Both the position numbers and the translations under genes were made by a program. The notes beneath the pieces are model-generated. The model was not told where the DNA came from. It did not search any database and was given only the letters and a program-made list of their open reading frames with translations. Shown piece after piece: positions 1-10,600 of a stretch of 64,000 bases of DNA. Where the stretch lies: IMG/VR virus record IMGVR_UViG_3300046167_000876. The stretch is one strand, 5' to 3'. How positions within the stretch are numbered: position 1 is the stretch's first letter; each line of letters begins with the position of its first letter. Origin of the DNA: a virus.

Positions 1-814
1 AAATGTAGATGAGTATAGATATAATGTAATAAGTGCTCCTGGGTTAATTAACGCAGTTCACGCAACTCAAACTACGGCTTTAATTAATAACTCGATAAAC
101 AGAGGTGATAATATTGCTGTATTAGATTTAGTACAATATGGTAGCTCAATAGCTTCAGTATCACAAGCAGCTTCTGCTTTTGATAATAGTTATGCAGCAA
201 CATATTGGCCATGGGTTCAAATGATTGATCCTCAAACTGGAGAATTAGTATATTCACCAGCATCAACAGTAATTCCAGGAGTTTATGTATTTACAGATGC
301 TTCAAGTGAACCATGGTTTGCACCAGCTGGATTAACTAGAGGAGCTTTAGGACAAGTAGTTAGAGCTGAAAGAAAATTAACAGCAACTAATAGAGATACT
401 TTGTATGAAGCAAATGTTAATCCATTAGCAACATTCCCACAAAGTGGAGTAGTAGTATTTGGTCAGAAAACTTTACAGAAAAGAGCTAGTGCTCTAGATA
501 GAGTAAATGTACGTAGATTGTTAATTGCTCTTAAAGGATTTATTTCTGGAGTAGCTGATAATTTAGTATTTGAACAAAATACAATTGCTACAAGAAATAA
601 TTTCTTAAGTGTAGTAAACCCATATTTAGAAGGAGTACAACAAAGACAAGGATTGTATGCATTTAAAGTAGTAATGGATGATACTAATAATAATCCAACT
701 GTAATAGATAGAAATGAGTTAGTAGGACAAATATTCTTACAACCAACTAAAACAGCTGAATTTGTAATATTAGATTTCAATGTATTACCAACTGGAGCAA
801 CATTCCCAGCATAA
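1..814 (+). CDS. Tail sheath protein, C-terminal part (5' truncated by window)
   Basis: WFAPAGLTRG, VNPLATFP, GQKTLQ..ALDRVNVRRLL, VFEQN and P.KTAEF motifs typical of contractile tail sheath; coding sequence continues upstream of 221. Confidence 0.93.
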   Translation, partial: NVDEYRYNVISAPGLINAVHATQTTALINNSINRGDNIAVLDLVQYGSSIASVSQAASAFDNSYAATYWPWVQMIDPQTGELVYSPASTVIPGVYVFTDASSEPWFAPAGLTRGALGQVVRAERKLTATNRDTLYEANVNPLATFPQSGVVVFGQKTLQKRASALDRVNVRRLLIALKGFISGVADNLVFEQNTIATRNNFLSVVNPYLEGVQQRQGLYAFKVVMDDTNNNPTVIDRNELVGQIFLQPTKTAEFVILDFNVLPTGATFPA

Positions 815-830
815 AAATTAAAAAGATAAA

Positions 831-838
831 TATTTATA
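831..838 (+). promoter_or_regulatory. Putative late promoter TATTTATA (also 2118, 3156, 5183, 21193, 26440, 28175, 60642, 62779)
   Basis: Same octamer recurs in short intergenic gaps upstream of structural and lysis genes. Confidence 0.7.
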
Positions 839-856
839 ATAAAATAAAATAATAAA

Positions 857-1345
857 ATGGCAGTATTAGATCCAAACGAAATATTTTTTACAGCTTTTGA
901 GCCAAAACAAGCAAATAGATTTGTCATGTATATTGACGGTATTCCAGCTTATTTGGTAAAAGAAGTAGGGGCTGTATCTTTAACACAGGGAACAGTTGAA
1001 TTAAATCATATTAATGTATCAAGATATGTAAAAGGTAAATCCACTTGGGATCCAATCTCTTTAACATTATTTGACCCAATTACCCCTTCAGGTGCACAAG
1101 CAACTATGGAATGGGTACGTTTGCATCATGAATCAGTTACTGGTCGTGATGGGTATAGTGACTTCTATAAGAAAGATCTTACTTTCAATGTACTTGGCCC
1201 TGTAGGAGATATTGTATCCGAATGGATTATTAAAGGTGCTTTTATAACTCAAGCTTCATTTGGAGATTACAATTGGGATACAGTTGATACAGCACAAAAT
1301 ATTTCACTTACAGTACAACCTGATTATTGTATTTTAAATTTCTAA
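857..1345 (+). CDS. Tail tube protein (T4 gp19-like)
   Basis: Follows sheath; FEPK..NRF, W..I.LTLFDPI, YKKDLT..VLGPVG..V.EW..KGAF pattern. Confidence 0.9.
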   Translation: MAVLDPNEIFFTAFEPKQANRFVMYIDGIPAYLVKEVGAVSLTQGTVELNHINVSRYVKGKSTWDPISLTLFDPITPSGAQATMEWVRLHHESVTGRDGYSDFYKKDLTFNVLGPVGDIVSEWIIKGAFITQASFGDYNWDTVDTAQNISLTVQPDYCILNF

Positions 1346-1372
1346 AATTTTACCCACCCCTGATTAGAAAAT

Positions 1373-1396
1373 AGCTTGGCTTTTGCCAGGCTTTTT
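1373..1396 (+). terminator. Intrinsic terminator after tail tube
   Basis: AGCTTGGC-TTTT-GCCAGGCT stem (one G-U) followed by a T run. Confidence 0.75.
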
Positions 1397-1410
1397 CTTA
1401 TTTTACCTAT

Positions 1411-2079
1411 ATGGTTCAAAACTATTCAGATTTTTTATCTTCTACTGAAATTAATTTAATAAAAGAAGAAGTATATAATTTAAAACAATATTGGAAACAT
1501 TCTTCTCAATATCGAAATTCACATTTATTACCCTACAAAGATACTCCCCTTATAGAAGTTTTAAAAGACCAATATAAAGCAGAATATCTTCTAGGGGATG
1601 CTTTATATAGATTAGAGGGACATAAAGAAGATATAACGTTAGAAACCCAATTTGTGTTGTTAGAAACATTTCATTGGTTATATACAAAAATTACAAATAA
1701 AATTACAGAAATTACTTCAATAACATCTGAATTAGAACCTGATCTTACTATTCCTGGATTTCATGTATATGCTAATAATATTCAACCTTTTAATGAATTT
1801 AATTATCATGTAGATACTAGTATTTTAGATTATTATCCTACTATTGATACTAATAAAATATATTCTTTTGTATCTCTTATAGAATGTAATGGAATTACTC
1901 CTTATTTAGATTATAAAACAGGAACTAAAGAATATAAATTAGGAAGTTTGCATATATGGAATGGAAATATAAATCATAGGATAGGTGGATTTGAATTAAA
2001 AAAAGGAGATTCAAGAATAACTTTTCAAGGTCATTATTATTATGATCTAAATACAAAAACAAATAAATTATTTTTTTAA
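1411..2079 (+). CDS. 2OG-Fe(II) dioxygenase-like protein
   Basis: HxD (YHVD), distal H (NHRI) and RxT (SRITFQGH) arrangement of the double-stranded beta-helix fold. Confidence 0.6.
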   Translation: MVQNYSDFLSSTEINLIKEEVYNLKQYWKHSSQYRNSHLLPYKDTPLIEVLKDQYKAEYLLGDALYRLEGHKEDITLETQFVLLETFHWLYTKITNKITEITSITSELEPDLTIPGFHVYANNIQPFNEFNYHVDTSILDYYPTIDTNKIYSFVSLIECNGITPYLDYKTGTKEYKLGSLHIWNGNINHRIGGFELKKGDSRITFQGHYYYDLNTKTNKLFF

Positions 2080-2158
2080 AAATTATGTGGAAATGTAATA
2101 AAAGTTTATTACATTAATATTTATAAACGCACAAAAACGTTATTAACAAATAAAGATT

Positions 2159-2893
2159 ATGGCCGAATTTAAATTAGCTACTGAAATTGTAGATTTACCC
2201 TCAAAAGGATACTTATATTCTAAAGATTCTCCTTTAGCAGAAGGAAAAATTGAAATTAAATATATGACTGCTAAAGAAGAAGATATTCTTACTAATGCTT
2301 CTTATATCCAAAAAGGAACAGTATTAGATAAACTATTTCAATCATTAATTGTTTCTAAAATAAATTATAATGATTTATTAATAGGAGATAAAAATGCAAT
2401 TATGATCGCAGCTCGTATTTTAGGGTATGGTAAGGATTATAATTTTACATATGAAGGAGTAGAAGAAACAGTTGATCTAACTGATGTAAATAACATTGAA
2501 ATAGACGAAGAATTATTTAAATCAGGTAAAAATGAATTTAATTATACATTCCCTCATTCGGGTAATGAAATTACATTTAAATTATTAAATCATGGAGATG
2601 AAGTAAAAATCCAACGTGAATTAGATGGTTTAAAGAAAATAAATAAAAATGAAGATCCTACTCTTACTACAAGATTAAAACATATGATTTTATCAGTAGA
2701 AGGAAAAACAGATAAAAAAGATATTCGAGAATTTGTAGATAAATATCTACTGGCACGAGATGCTCGTGCCTTAAGAGAATATATTAAGTCAATATCTCCT
2801 GATGTAGATTTAACTTTTTTTCCCTCTGGTAGCGAAACAACAAAAACAATTCCAATTGGGGTTGGATTTTTTTGGCCTGACTTTGGAAAATAG
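2159..2893 (+). CDS. Tail/baseplate hub assembly chaperone (T4 gp26-like)
   Basis: LPSKG..Y, MTAKEEDIL, C-terminal FFWP; lies between tube and tape measure. Confidence 0.75.
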   Translation: MAEFKLATEIVDLPSKGYLYSKDSPLAEGKIEIKYMTAKEEDILTNASYIQKGTVLDKLFQSLIVSKINYNDLLIGDKNAIMIAARILGYGKDYNFTYEGVEETVDLTDVNNIEIDEELFKSGKNEFNYTFPHSGNEITFKLLNHGDEVKIQRELDGLKKINKNEDPTLTTRLKHMILSVEGKTDKKDIREFVDKYLLARDARALREYIKSISPDVDLTFFPSGSETTKTIPIGVGFFWPDFGK

Positions 2894-3140
2894 TCAAACT
2901 TACAGAAAAAATTTATTTACTCAAATACACAACATAGTCTTCCATGGAAATGGAGGCTATGATTGGTTTACAATATATAATATGCCTATTTGGCTTCGTA
3001 AATTTACATTCCATGAGATAAATGAATATAATAAAGCTCAAAATGAAAGAGCAAATAAGTCAAAAAATAAAGATTCTTTAGTTAATTCCAAAGGTCAAGT
3101 AAAAAGACCTCAATTTAAAAACAAGTCTAGTTATAAGTAA
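2856..3140 (+). CDS. Tail assembly chaperone C-terminal extension (gpT/gp51-like), probably reached by frameshift
   Basis: Overlaps previous ORF in +1 frame across a T7 run; IYNMPIWLRKF motif; directly upstream of tape measure. Confidence 0.6.
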   Translation: MGLDFFGLTLENSQTYRKNLFTQIHNIVFHGNGGYDWFTIYNMPIWLRKFTFHEINEYNKAQNERANKSKNKDSLVNSKGQVKRPQFKNKSSYK

Positions 3141-3176
3141 AATTATTCTTTTTAATATTTATAACAAAATACTCAT

Positions 3177-5177
3177 ATGGCATTAGGAGACGATGTAAAA
3201 AAAGCTAAACAAGAGGCACAGGAATTTAAAGAAATAATGTTGCAATTAGACTCAACATTAGCATCTTTGGCGGCTACATTTGCAAATGGGTTTGGTAAAG
3301 GAGTGGATGATGCTGTAAAAAAAGCAGAAAAACTTACTCAAGTTTACGAAAAAGATCTTTCAAAAGCAGTAGCTCAATCTAGAAAAGATCAAGAAGCCAT
3401 AAATAAACTTCAAGATCAAGCTAATAAAGGTAAAGCTAGTGAAGCTAAAGTAGCATCAAAACTTGCTGATATAGAATCAAAAAGACAATCAGTTCTTGAT
3501 AAAATTGAAAATGCTAAAAGAGAAGGATTAAAAATTAACTATGAAGAAGCAAATGCTTTAGTAGGAGTTTACAACCAACAAGAAAAAATTACTAAAGAAA
3601 TTGAAGAAAGAGTTAAAGCTCAAGATGATTCTTTAGGTGCTATAGGAAAAATTACAGGGGCATTTACTGGTTTATTAAGTAAGCTAGGAATGGGTGATCT
3701 TAATAAGTTTTTTAACTTAGATAAGGCAAATGAAGCATCTAAAGTACAATTAGAAAACCTAGGTAAAAGTGCAACCGCAGGCCAAAAAATAGGTACTGTT
3801 ACTAAGAACATAGTTAAAAATTTAGATCTCGCAGGGTTAGGAGCAGGTGCTTTATTTGGTTTAGCTAGTAAACTATTTGACCAATTTAAAAAGGCAGATC
3901 AATCTACAACTGAAATTGCTCGTGGTCTTAGTATGTCCAAAGCTGAAGCTAAGGAATTTAAAAAAGAAATGAAAGAAACTAGTGGATCATTTCTATCCAC
4001 TGCTGTATCTATAAAAGAACAGAAAAAAACTGTAATGGCTCTAAATAAAGAGCTAGGTGGTACTGCAATTGCATTTAAAAAAGATATTTTAGCTGGTGCA
4101 GCAGATACATTAAACAGACTTCATCTATCAGAAGAAGCAGTAGGTAACATGGCTAAATTAGCTATGGTTACTGGTAAAAATTTTAAAGCATTAGAAAAAG
4201 AACAAGCTAAAGGAGTTTTAGATGCTGAAAGAGAATTTGGGATTAGATTAAAATTATCAGATGTCTTAGATGAAGCTAATAAAATAACAGGTTTAACCCG
4301 AGTTAATGCTATGGGTATTGAAGGTGGTTTAACAAAAGCAGTTGCTACAGCTAAATCTTTAGGTATTGAAATGAGTGCAGTTGCAGGGTCTGCGGAGTCA
4401 TTATTAGATTTTGAATCTTCTATTCAAAAAGAATTAGAGGCAGAATTATTAATTGGTAGAGATTTAAATTTAGAAAAAGCTAGGGCAGCAGCTTTAGCAG
4501 GAGATCAAGAAGCATTAGCTAGAGCATTAGTTGAAGAAGCAGGTAGTTTAGAAGAACTACAAGGTATGAATGTTGTTCAACAAAAAGCATTAGCAGCATC
4601 ACTAGGAATGAGTGCCGATCAATTAGCAGATAGTTTAATGACTCAAGAAGCATTATCTACACAAGCACAGGAAGATTTAGATAGAGATGCTCAAGCAGCT
4701 TTAAATAATGAAAAAATGCTTTCTTTACAAGAAAAACAAACACTAGCAATGGAAAAATTTTCTGAAACAGTTCAAATGTTAGGTCCATTATTATTAGTAG
4801 CAGCAGCAGCTGCAGCTGCAATTGCTATTGCTATGTCATTTGGTACTGCAACTCCTTTAGTTGTTGGGGGTATATTAGCAACAGCAGCAGCAGTTGGTGG
4901 TATAATGTCTCTTAGTAACGTAGAAGATGGTGTAGCACCACCAGGATCAGGACCTTTTACTATTACAGATAAATTTGGTGCTACTACAGTAACAGCAGCG
5001 GGTGATGGTTTAGCAGTTTCTCCTAATATAAATACACAAGGCGGAGCAGGGGGTAATGCCAATATGGGTGAAACAAATATGTTATTAAAACAAATTTTAA
5101 ACAAAGAAGGAACAGTAAAAATGGATAGTACTGAAGTAGGTACAGCTTTTTCTGTAGGTTCTAGACAAATACAATAA
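3177..5177 (+). CDS. Tape measure protein
   Basis: 666 aa, Ala/Lys/Glu-rich helical with hydrophobic segments; position after tail chaperones. Confidence 0.8.
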   Translation: MALGDDVKKAKQEAQEFKEIMLQLDSTLASLAATFANGFGKGVDDAVKKAEKLTQVYEKDLSKAVAQSRKDQEAINKLQDQANKGKASEAKVASKLADIESKRQSVLDKIENAKREGLKINYEEANALVGVYNQQEKITKEIEERVKAQDDSLGAIGKITGAFTGLLSKLGMGDLNKFFNLDKANEASKVQLENLGKSATAGQKIGTVTKNIVKNLDLAGLGAGALFGLASKLFDQFKKADQSTTEIARGLSMSKAEAKEFKKEMKETSGSFLSTAVSIKEQKKTVMALNKELGGTAIAFKKDILAGAADTLNRLHLSEEAVGNMAKLAMVTGKNFKALEKEQAKGVLDAEREFGIRLKLSDVLDEANKITGLTRVNAMGIEGGLTKAVATAKSLGIEMSAVAGSAESLLDFESSIQKELEAELLIGRDLNLEKARAAALAGDQEALARALVEEAGSLEELQGMNVVQQKALAASLGMSADQLADSLMTQEALSTQAQEDLDRDAQAALNNEKMLSLQEKQTLAMEKFSETVQMLGPLLLVAAAAAAAIAIAMSFGTATPLVVGGILATAAAVGGIMSLSNVEDGVAPPGSGPFTITDKFGATTVTAAGDGLAVSPNINTQGGAGGNANMGETNMLLKQILNKEGTVKMDSTEVGTAFSVGSRQIQ

Positions 5178-5205
5178 CTTAATATTTATAATAAAAACAA
5201 TAATT

Positions 5206-5409
5206 ATGGGACTTTTAGACAAATTAACACAAGGTAACTCTAATTTAACAGGGTTAAATGGTGGTACACCATCTACACCTGATTTTGCATTATCAAAATT
5301 ACATGATACTTACTCAGCAGATGGTATTCCTAAAGTAAATGGTAAACCAGCACCTTCAAATTTAACATCAGGTGATCCAGTAAAGTATTTAGATAATTTA
5401 CCAAGATAA
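5206..5409 (+). CDS. Small virion-associated hypothetical protein
   Basis: 67-aa ORF behind a late motif in the tail module. Confidence 0.6.
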   Translation: MGLLDKLTQGNSNLTGLNGGTPSTPDFALSKLHDTYSADGIPKVNGKPAPSNLTSGDPVKYLDNLPR

Positions 5410-5415
5410 TATAAC

Positions 5416-7299
5416 ATGGGACTCTTAGATTTAACAACAGACCTTAAATCTTTAAGGTATGGTAAAGACCGTATAGGTGGAGGGAGTAGTAAAGAACCCT
5501 TTATTACTACATCTATAGACAGTACTCCTGGAGATACTGGTGGTCCTGATTTCCTTCTAAGAGCAAATGCTTTACAACATACTGCTGATGATACTTCAAG
5601 AATATTTCAATATTTAAAAAGCCCAAAAGGAATACAATTTGCATTAAAACAAAATTTACTATCTAGAACAGCAGTTAGAGCTCAAGCAAGTAATGGTCCT
5701 ATAAATGATGGAATTTATTTACCAACTTCAACTTTAGCTCAAGTAGGACTTAGTGGTGCTGGGAGTCATTTATTAAAACAAGGTATAAATCCTTTTGCAA
5801 ATACAACAGCTAATGCTGCTAATACAGGTATAGGAATTATTGATAACATAGCTAATTTCTTATCTGATAGTTTACCTTTATCAGCACCCTTTTATGTTAA
5901 AAAAGTTACTAAATCTCAACCTATTTCTGAAAATAGATTAACTAATTTAGTTGATTATAAAATGGGAGTAGCAGCTCAAACCACTAATCCTTTTAGTTCT
6001 TTTTTAGATAACATTACAAGTGGTCAAGGTGTTGGGGGTTTTTTAGGTGGATTTGGAGGAGGATTATTAAATAATATTTTAGCTACATCTGCAACTGCAG
6101 GTCAAAAATTCAATAGTATTTCTTTAAATAAGGATGAAATATTAAGATATGATGGAGGTCCTGGATCAGCATTAGGTCTTGGTCAAACATCTTTAAAAAG
6201 GGTAACAGTAACTAATAATGAAGAACCTTATCTTCTTAACTATAGTGAATTAGTAGCAGTAGGAGATTCAAAAACTTCAAAAGCCCAAACTTTACTTGAT
6301 TTTAGATCCCTAAAAAACCCAGAATCAAACCAATCTGTAATATCTACAACTTTAGATTATACTAGAGATAATATAGAAAATAGAGTACATTTAGGTAATC
6401 CTGGAAGAAGAAATAAAAATTTATCTAATTATAATATTGGAACTGGAGATGGTCCCTTAGATAAAATAAATGCCTTACCCTTATATCTTTCTTCAAATGT
6501 AGTAGGTTCTTATAAAGGAGATAATATTAAAAATGATTTAATAAAATTTAGAATAGGTATATTAAGTAATGAATATGATGATTTAAAAACATACATTCAT
6601 TTTAGAGCATATATAGATAGTTTTTCAGATAATTACTCAGCAGGTTGGTCTGAAGAAAAATTTATGGGTAGAGCTGAAAGTTTTTATAGGTATAATTCTT
6701 TTAATAGATCAATATCTATGGGGTGGACTTTAGCTGCTCAATCTGTAGATGAATTAATTCCTATGTATCAAAAATTAAACTTTTTAGCTTCTAGTTTAGC
6801 ACCTGATTATAGTCAACAAGGATATATGCAAGGAAATTTAGCATATTTAACTATGGGTGGATATTGTTATGAACAACCTGGTATAATTACAAGTTTAAAT
6901 TTATCGTATCCAAAAGAATCACCCTTTGAAATTGATACTAATAGTAAATCTGGAAGAAATGATGGAGGGAAAAAAACTAAAGAACTACCCCATATTATGA
7001 CTGTTACTGGATTTGAATTTAAACCTATCCATAATTTTGTACCTCAAATTCAACAAAATAATTATGATGGTCTTGTAGAAGGAGGTGCATCATTTATATC
7101 TAAATTTGGTGATGAAAGATATATTGCTTTAAGAAATCAAAACGGAAATAATTATGATGGTACTGATGGTACAGAAAATTTTACAGTCCCTTCTTCTAAA
7201 ACCGAACAAGAACAAGCTTCAGTTGATATTAATAATACTGAAGAGGCTATAGGTTCAAATACTGATAATTTTATAAATAATATGATAGAACCAACATAA
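5416..7299 (+). CDS. Baseplate/tail-tube initiator-like structural protein
   Basis: C-terminal FRAYIDSFSDNYSAGW...GRAE.FY.Y..F.R domain; context between TMP and LysM-like gene. Confidence 0.55.
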   Translation: MGLLDLTTDLKSLRYGKDRIGGGSSKEPFITTSIDSTPGDTGGPDFLLRANALQHTADDTSRIFQYLKSPKGIQFALKQNLLSRTAVRAQASNGPINDGIYLPTSTLAQVGLSGAGSHLLKQGINPFANTTANAANTGIGIIDNIANFLSDSLPLSAPFYVKKVTKSQPISENRLTNLVDYKMGVAAQTTNPFSSFLDNITSGQGVGGFLGGFGGGLLNNILATSATAGQKFNSISLNKDEILRYDGGPGSALGLGQTSLKRVTVTNNEEPYLLNYSELVAVGDSKTSKAQTLLDFRSLKNPESNQSVISTTLDYTRDNIENRVHLGNPGRRNKNLSNYNIGTGDGPLDKINALPLYLSSNVVGSYKGDNIKNDLIKFRIGILSNEYDDLKTYIHFRAYIDSFSDNYSAGWSEEKFMGRAESFYRYNSFNRSISMGWTLAAQSVDELIPMYQKLNFLASSLAPDYSQQGYMQGNLAYLTMGGYCYEQPGIITSLNLSYPKESPFEIDTNSKSGRNDGGKKTKELPHIMTVTGFEFKPIHNFVPQIQQNNYDGLVEGGASFISKFGDERYIALRNQNGNNYDGTDGTENFTVPSSKTEQEQASVDINNTEEAIGSNTDNFINNMIEPT

Positions 7300-7312
7300 A
7301 AACCAAAAAGAT

Positions 7313-7609
7313 ATGAATAGATACAATTATACAAATTTATTTGGAAGAGATTTTTTATATTTTGGAACTACAAAGTATCCATCCCCTCCCTTAAGTTCCT
7401 CAGATATATATGTTATTACTCAAGAAAATGACAGATATGATCAATTAGCCCAAAAACATTATGGTGATTCTAGTTTATGGTGGGTTATTTCTACTGCAAA
7501 TCCTAATTTAAAACAAAATTCATATTTTCCACCTGTAGGTATACAAATTAGAATACCACAAAATATAGCAGCTATATTAAATAGTTTTAAACAATTAAAT
7601 GAAAGATAG
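7313..7609 (+). CDS. LysM-like baseplate wedge protein (gp53/tail X-like)
   Basis: DRYDQLAQKHYGDSSLWWVISTANP...G.QIRIP. Confidence 0.8.
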   Translation: MNRYNYTNLFGRDFLYFGTTKYPSPPLSSSDIYVITQENDRYDQLAQKHYGDSSLWWVISTANPNLKQNSYFPPVGIQIRIPQNIAAILNSFKQLNER

Positions 7610-7611
7610 TT

Positions 7612-10600
7612 ATGACAGGAAATCTAATAGGAGAAGAATTTGATGATTATGTTTTTAATCAAATAAATGCAAGACAAACCCTTTCAGGAAAAGGGTATGA
7701 TGTAACTAATTTAGAAGATTCTAATCTTTTATCTCCAAGAGAAATTAATTTATTAAATAATAAATCTTCATTTATTAAATTAGCATCTGGAGTTGACTTT
7801 TTTAGTTATTTAGATATCCCAACTTTTGATGAAGCTTATAAATCTGGTGCTATAGATCCTAATGGTATTTTTGAGTGGGGGGGAGCACATAAATTAAAGG
7901 ATACAAATGAGGAAAGAGAAAATGGTTATATAATATTAGACAGAGGTCAGGAGGAATATAAATTATATAAAGAACAAATAAAACAAAATAACAAAAACCA
8001 AAGATTAATGGGAATCCAAAAACTCAGAAATATAGGTTTTAGTTTAGAACAAGCAAAAAGTTTTTCAAATACTAATCAATTAGCAAAAAGTGCAGTATTA
8101 TTTGCAGGTTTAGGTTCACTTCAATCTGATAAAACTATTAAATCAAGATTTGGAATTTCTGAAGATGGTAACTCAATTTGGAATCCTGATTCAGCTTATG
8201 GATTAGGAGGAAATCAATTTGGTAAACAACCAATGCCTGGTATTACATCGGCTACTGTAAATTGTATAAATAGAGGATCAATTAGATCTGCAACAATACA
8301 AATTAAAGCCTATAATACTTTTCAATTTCAATTAATTGAATTATTATATTTAAAATTAGGTTTTACTATGATGTTAGAATGGGGACATAATAAATATTTT
8401 AGTAGCGAAGGACTTTTAGAAGAAGTAGGATCAACTCTAATAGAAGATTCATTTTTTTCATCATCCCCTAAAACACAATTAAGTGTATTAAAAAATATTG
8501 AAAACTATAGAAAAACATACCAAGGTAATTATGATGGATTCTTTGGTAGAGTAACTAATTTTGATTGGGATTTCTCCCCAGATGGTACTTATAATATTAC
8601 CATAAAATTAGTAACTTTAGGAGATATTATAGAATCTTTACAAGTAAATATTCCTGCCCCTATAAATTCTCTAGCTTCAGATAAATCTGAAGTTAATGGT
8701 TCAAACACAATAGAGGTATGGTTAAATAAATGGGAAAAACGTAATGCTAAAGTTGGGGGTTCAACAACAGTATATAGACCTAATAAAAAATTTTTAAATC
8801 TTTTAAATGCTAATTACGAAAGGCAAATTGCTGAAGAAGTTTTTAGATATACTAACCCTGATGGGTCAATTTTTAATGGTACTATGACCCAAGTTAAGGC
8901 ACAAATCCGAAAAAATTTAACTGAAGAATACAAAAAGGAAACTGGAGAAGAAGGTTTAAATAAAGAAAGATTTCAAGAAGAACTAAATAATTTTAAATCA
9001 CAACTTAATTCACAATTTAATATTACAAATGGGTTAACTAAAATGAATAGTTATTATACTACATTTGGAAATTTATTAGATGCTATACAAAAATATGTAG
9101 TACCTAGAGTAGTAAGTGGAGATCTAGATTCTCCTTTACTATCTATTGGAACAGATGAAGATGTTAATATTGTTAGTGCCCAACCTAATCAAATTTCATT
9201 TGATATTAGTAAATGTTTTATTAAACCTTCATTGAATATTGAAGGAGTTACTCCTCCCCAATTTTTACAAAATCAAAAAATTAAAGATTTTTTAGTTTTA
9301 GAAAAAACTGGTGATAAAGAAGATATAATTTATGGTAAATTAATGAATGTATACCTAAATTTTTCTTTTATAAGATCATGTTTAAATAAAAATATATCAA
9401 AAGAAGGAACTTTAGGTTTATTTAATTTCCTTTCATCTATATGTGATGGAATTAATAGTTCATTAGGTAATGTAAATAAAATAGAACCTATAATTAATAC
9501 TGAAATTAATGAAATAGTATTTATTGATCAAAATCCTATAAGGGGTAATAGTGAATTACTAAAAAGACTTTTAGAGAGAGTTCCTGAAAAACAAGAAATT
9601 ATTCCTTTTGAAGTTTTTGGGTTTAATTCTGATAAAGGTAAACCTAAATCAAATTTTATAAAAAATTTTAAATTTGAATCTAAAATACCCTCTAGTTTAG
9701 CTACTATGATGACTATAGGAACAACTGCTGGGGGTTCATCTTCTAAAACAATTGATGGTACTGCTTTTGCTTCTATGAATGCTGGATTTGTAGATAGATT
9801 CCAACCACAAATATTACCTCCCCCAGGTTTTCCTAATCCTATACAAGAAGCAGAACAAGCAGAAAAGGCTGAAGAAGAAGACGTAGAAGCTAAATTTGCA
9901 GCATATTGGGGAGTTAAAATTGATAGTATACTCCAGAGAAACTCATATGGAACTGTATTAAGGGATCTTGATATTGGGGGTTTAAGACAAAAAATGAAAG
10001 ACGATGTAACCCGTAATGTTGGTGTAGGTAATTCTATTAAATGGGTAATAAAAAGTGGAACCAGTTTAGTCCAATATAAAACGGGTAGAGGAGAACAAAA
10101 ATCAGGTACATATAATGGTTATACTTTTACAGGATTAACTTATAGAGAAGCATTAGATGGTTTTAAATCATTTAAATCAGGTGCAGGAGCAAATGTAGTA
10201 TCTGAAAATGATATTGATCTTGCTTCTTCTTATCAGCAGTGGATGATATACGCTCTTACTGGTAATTTAACAGGTAAAACAGATGTTAATGGGAATCCCT
10301 TTCGTATTGGTAATGATAGAGCACAATATCTTAACATGGAAAATAAAGACTTTTTTAAAAAAGGAAAACAAGCTTTTAGAGAATATGTTAATTTAAGAGA
10401 CCAAAAAGAATTTAGACTCTCAGGTACACCTTCAAATCAATCTGGTTTTTTACCTATAACTTTAAATATAACTATGGATGGGTTATCTGGAATGAAAATA
10501 TACCAAAAAATAAATGTTAATCAGAAATTTTTACCTCAAGAATATCAAACAAATAGTAGTACAGGTACATTAGATTTTATAATAACTAAAGTAGATCATA

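Noticed and set aside
1128-1205. 25-aa hydrophobic +1 ORF in the tail tube gene (MNQLLVVMGIVTSIRKILLSMYLAL)
   Set aside because: Fits the nested pattern but is too short to distinguish from chance
5206-5430. Two adjacent genes both start MGLLD
   Set aside because: Five residues only; no further similarity
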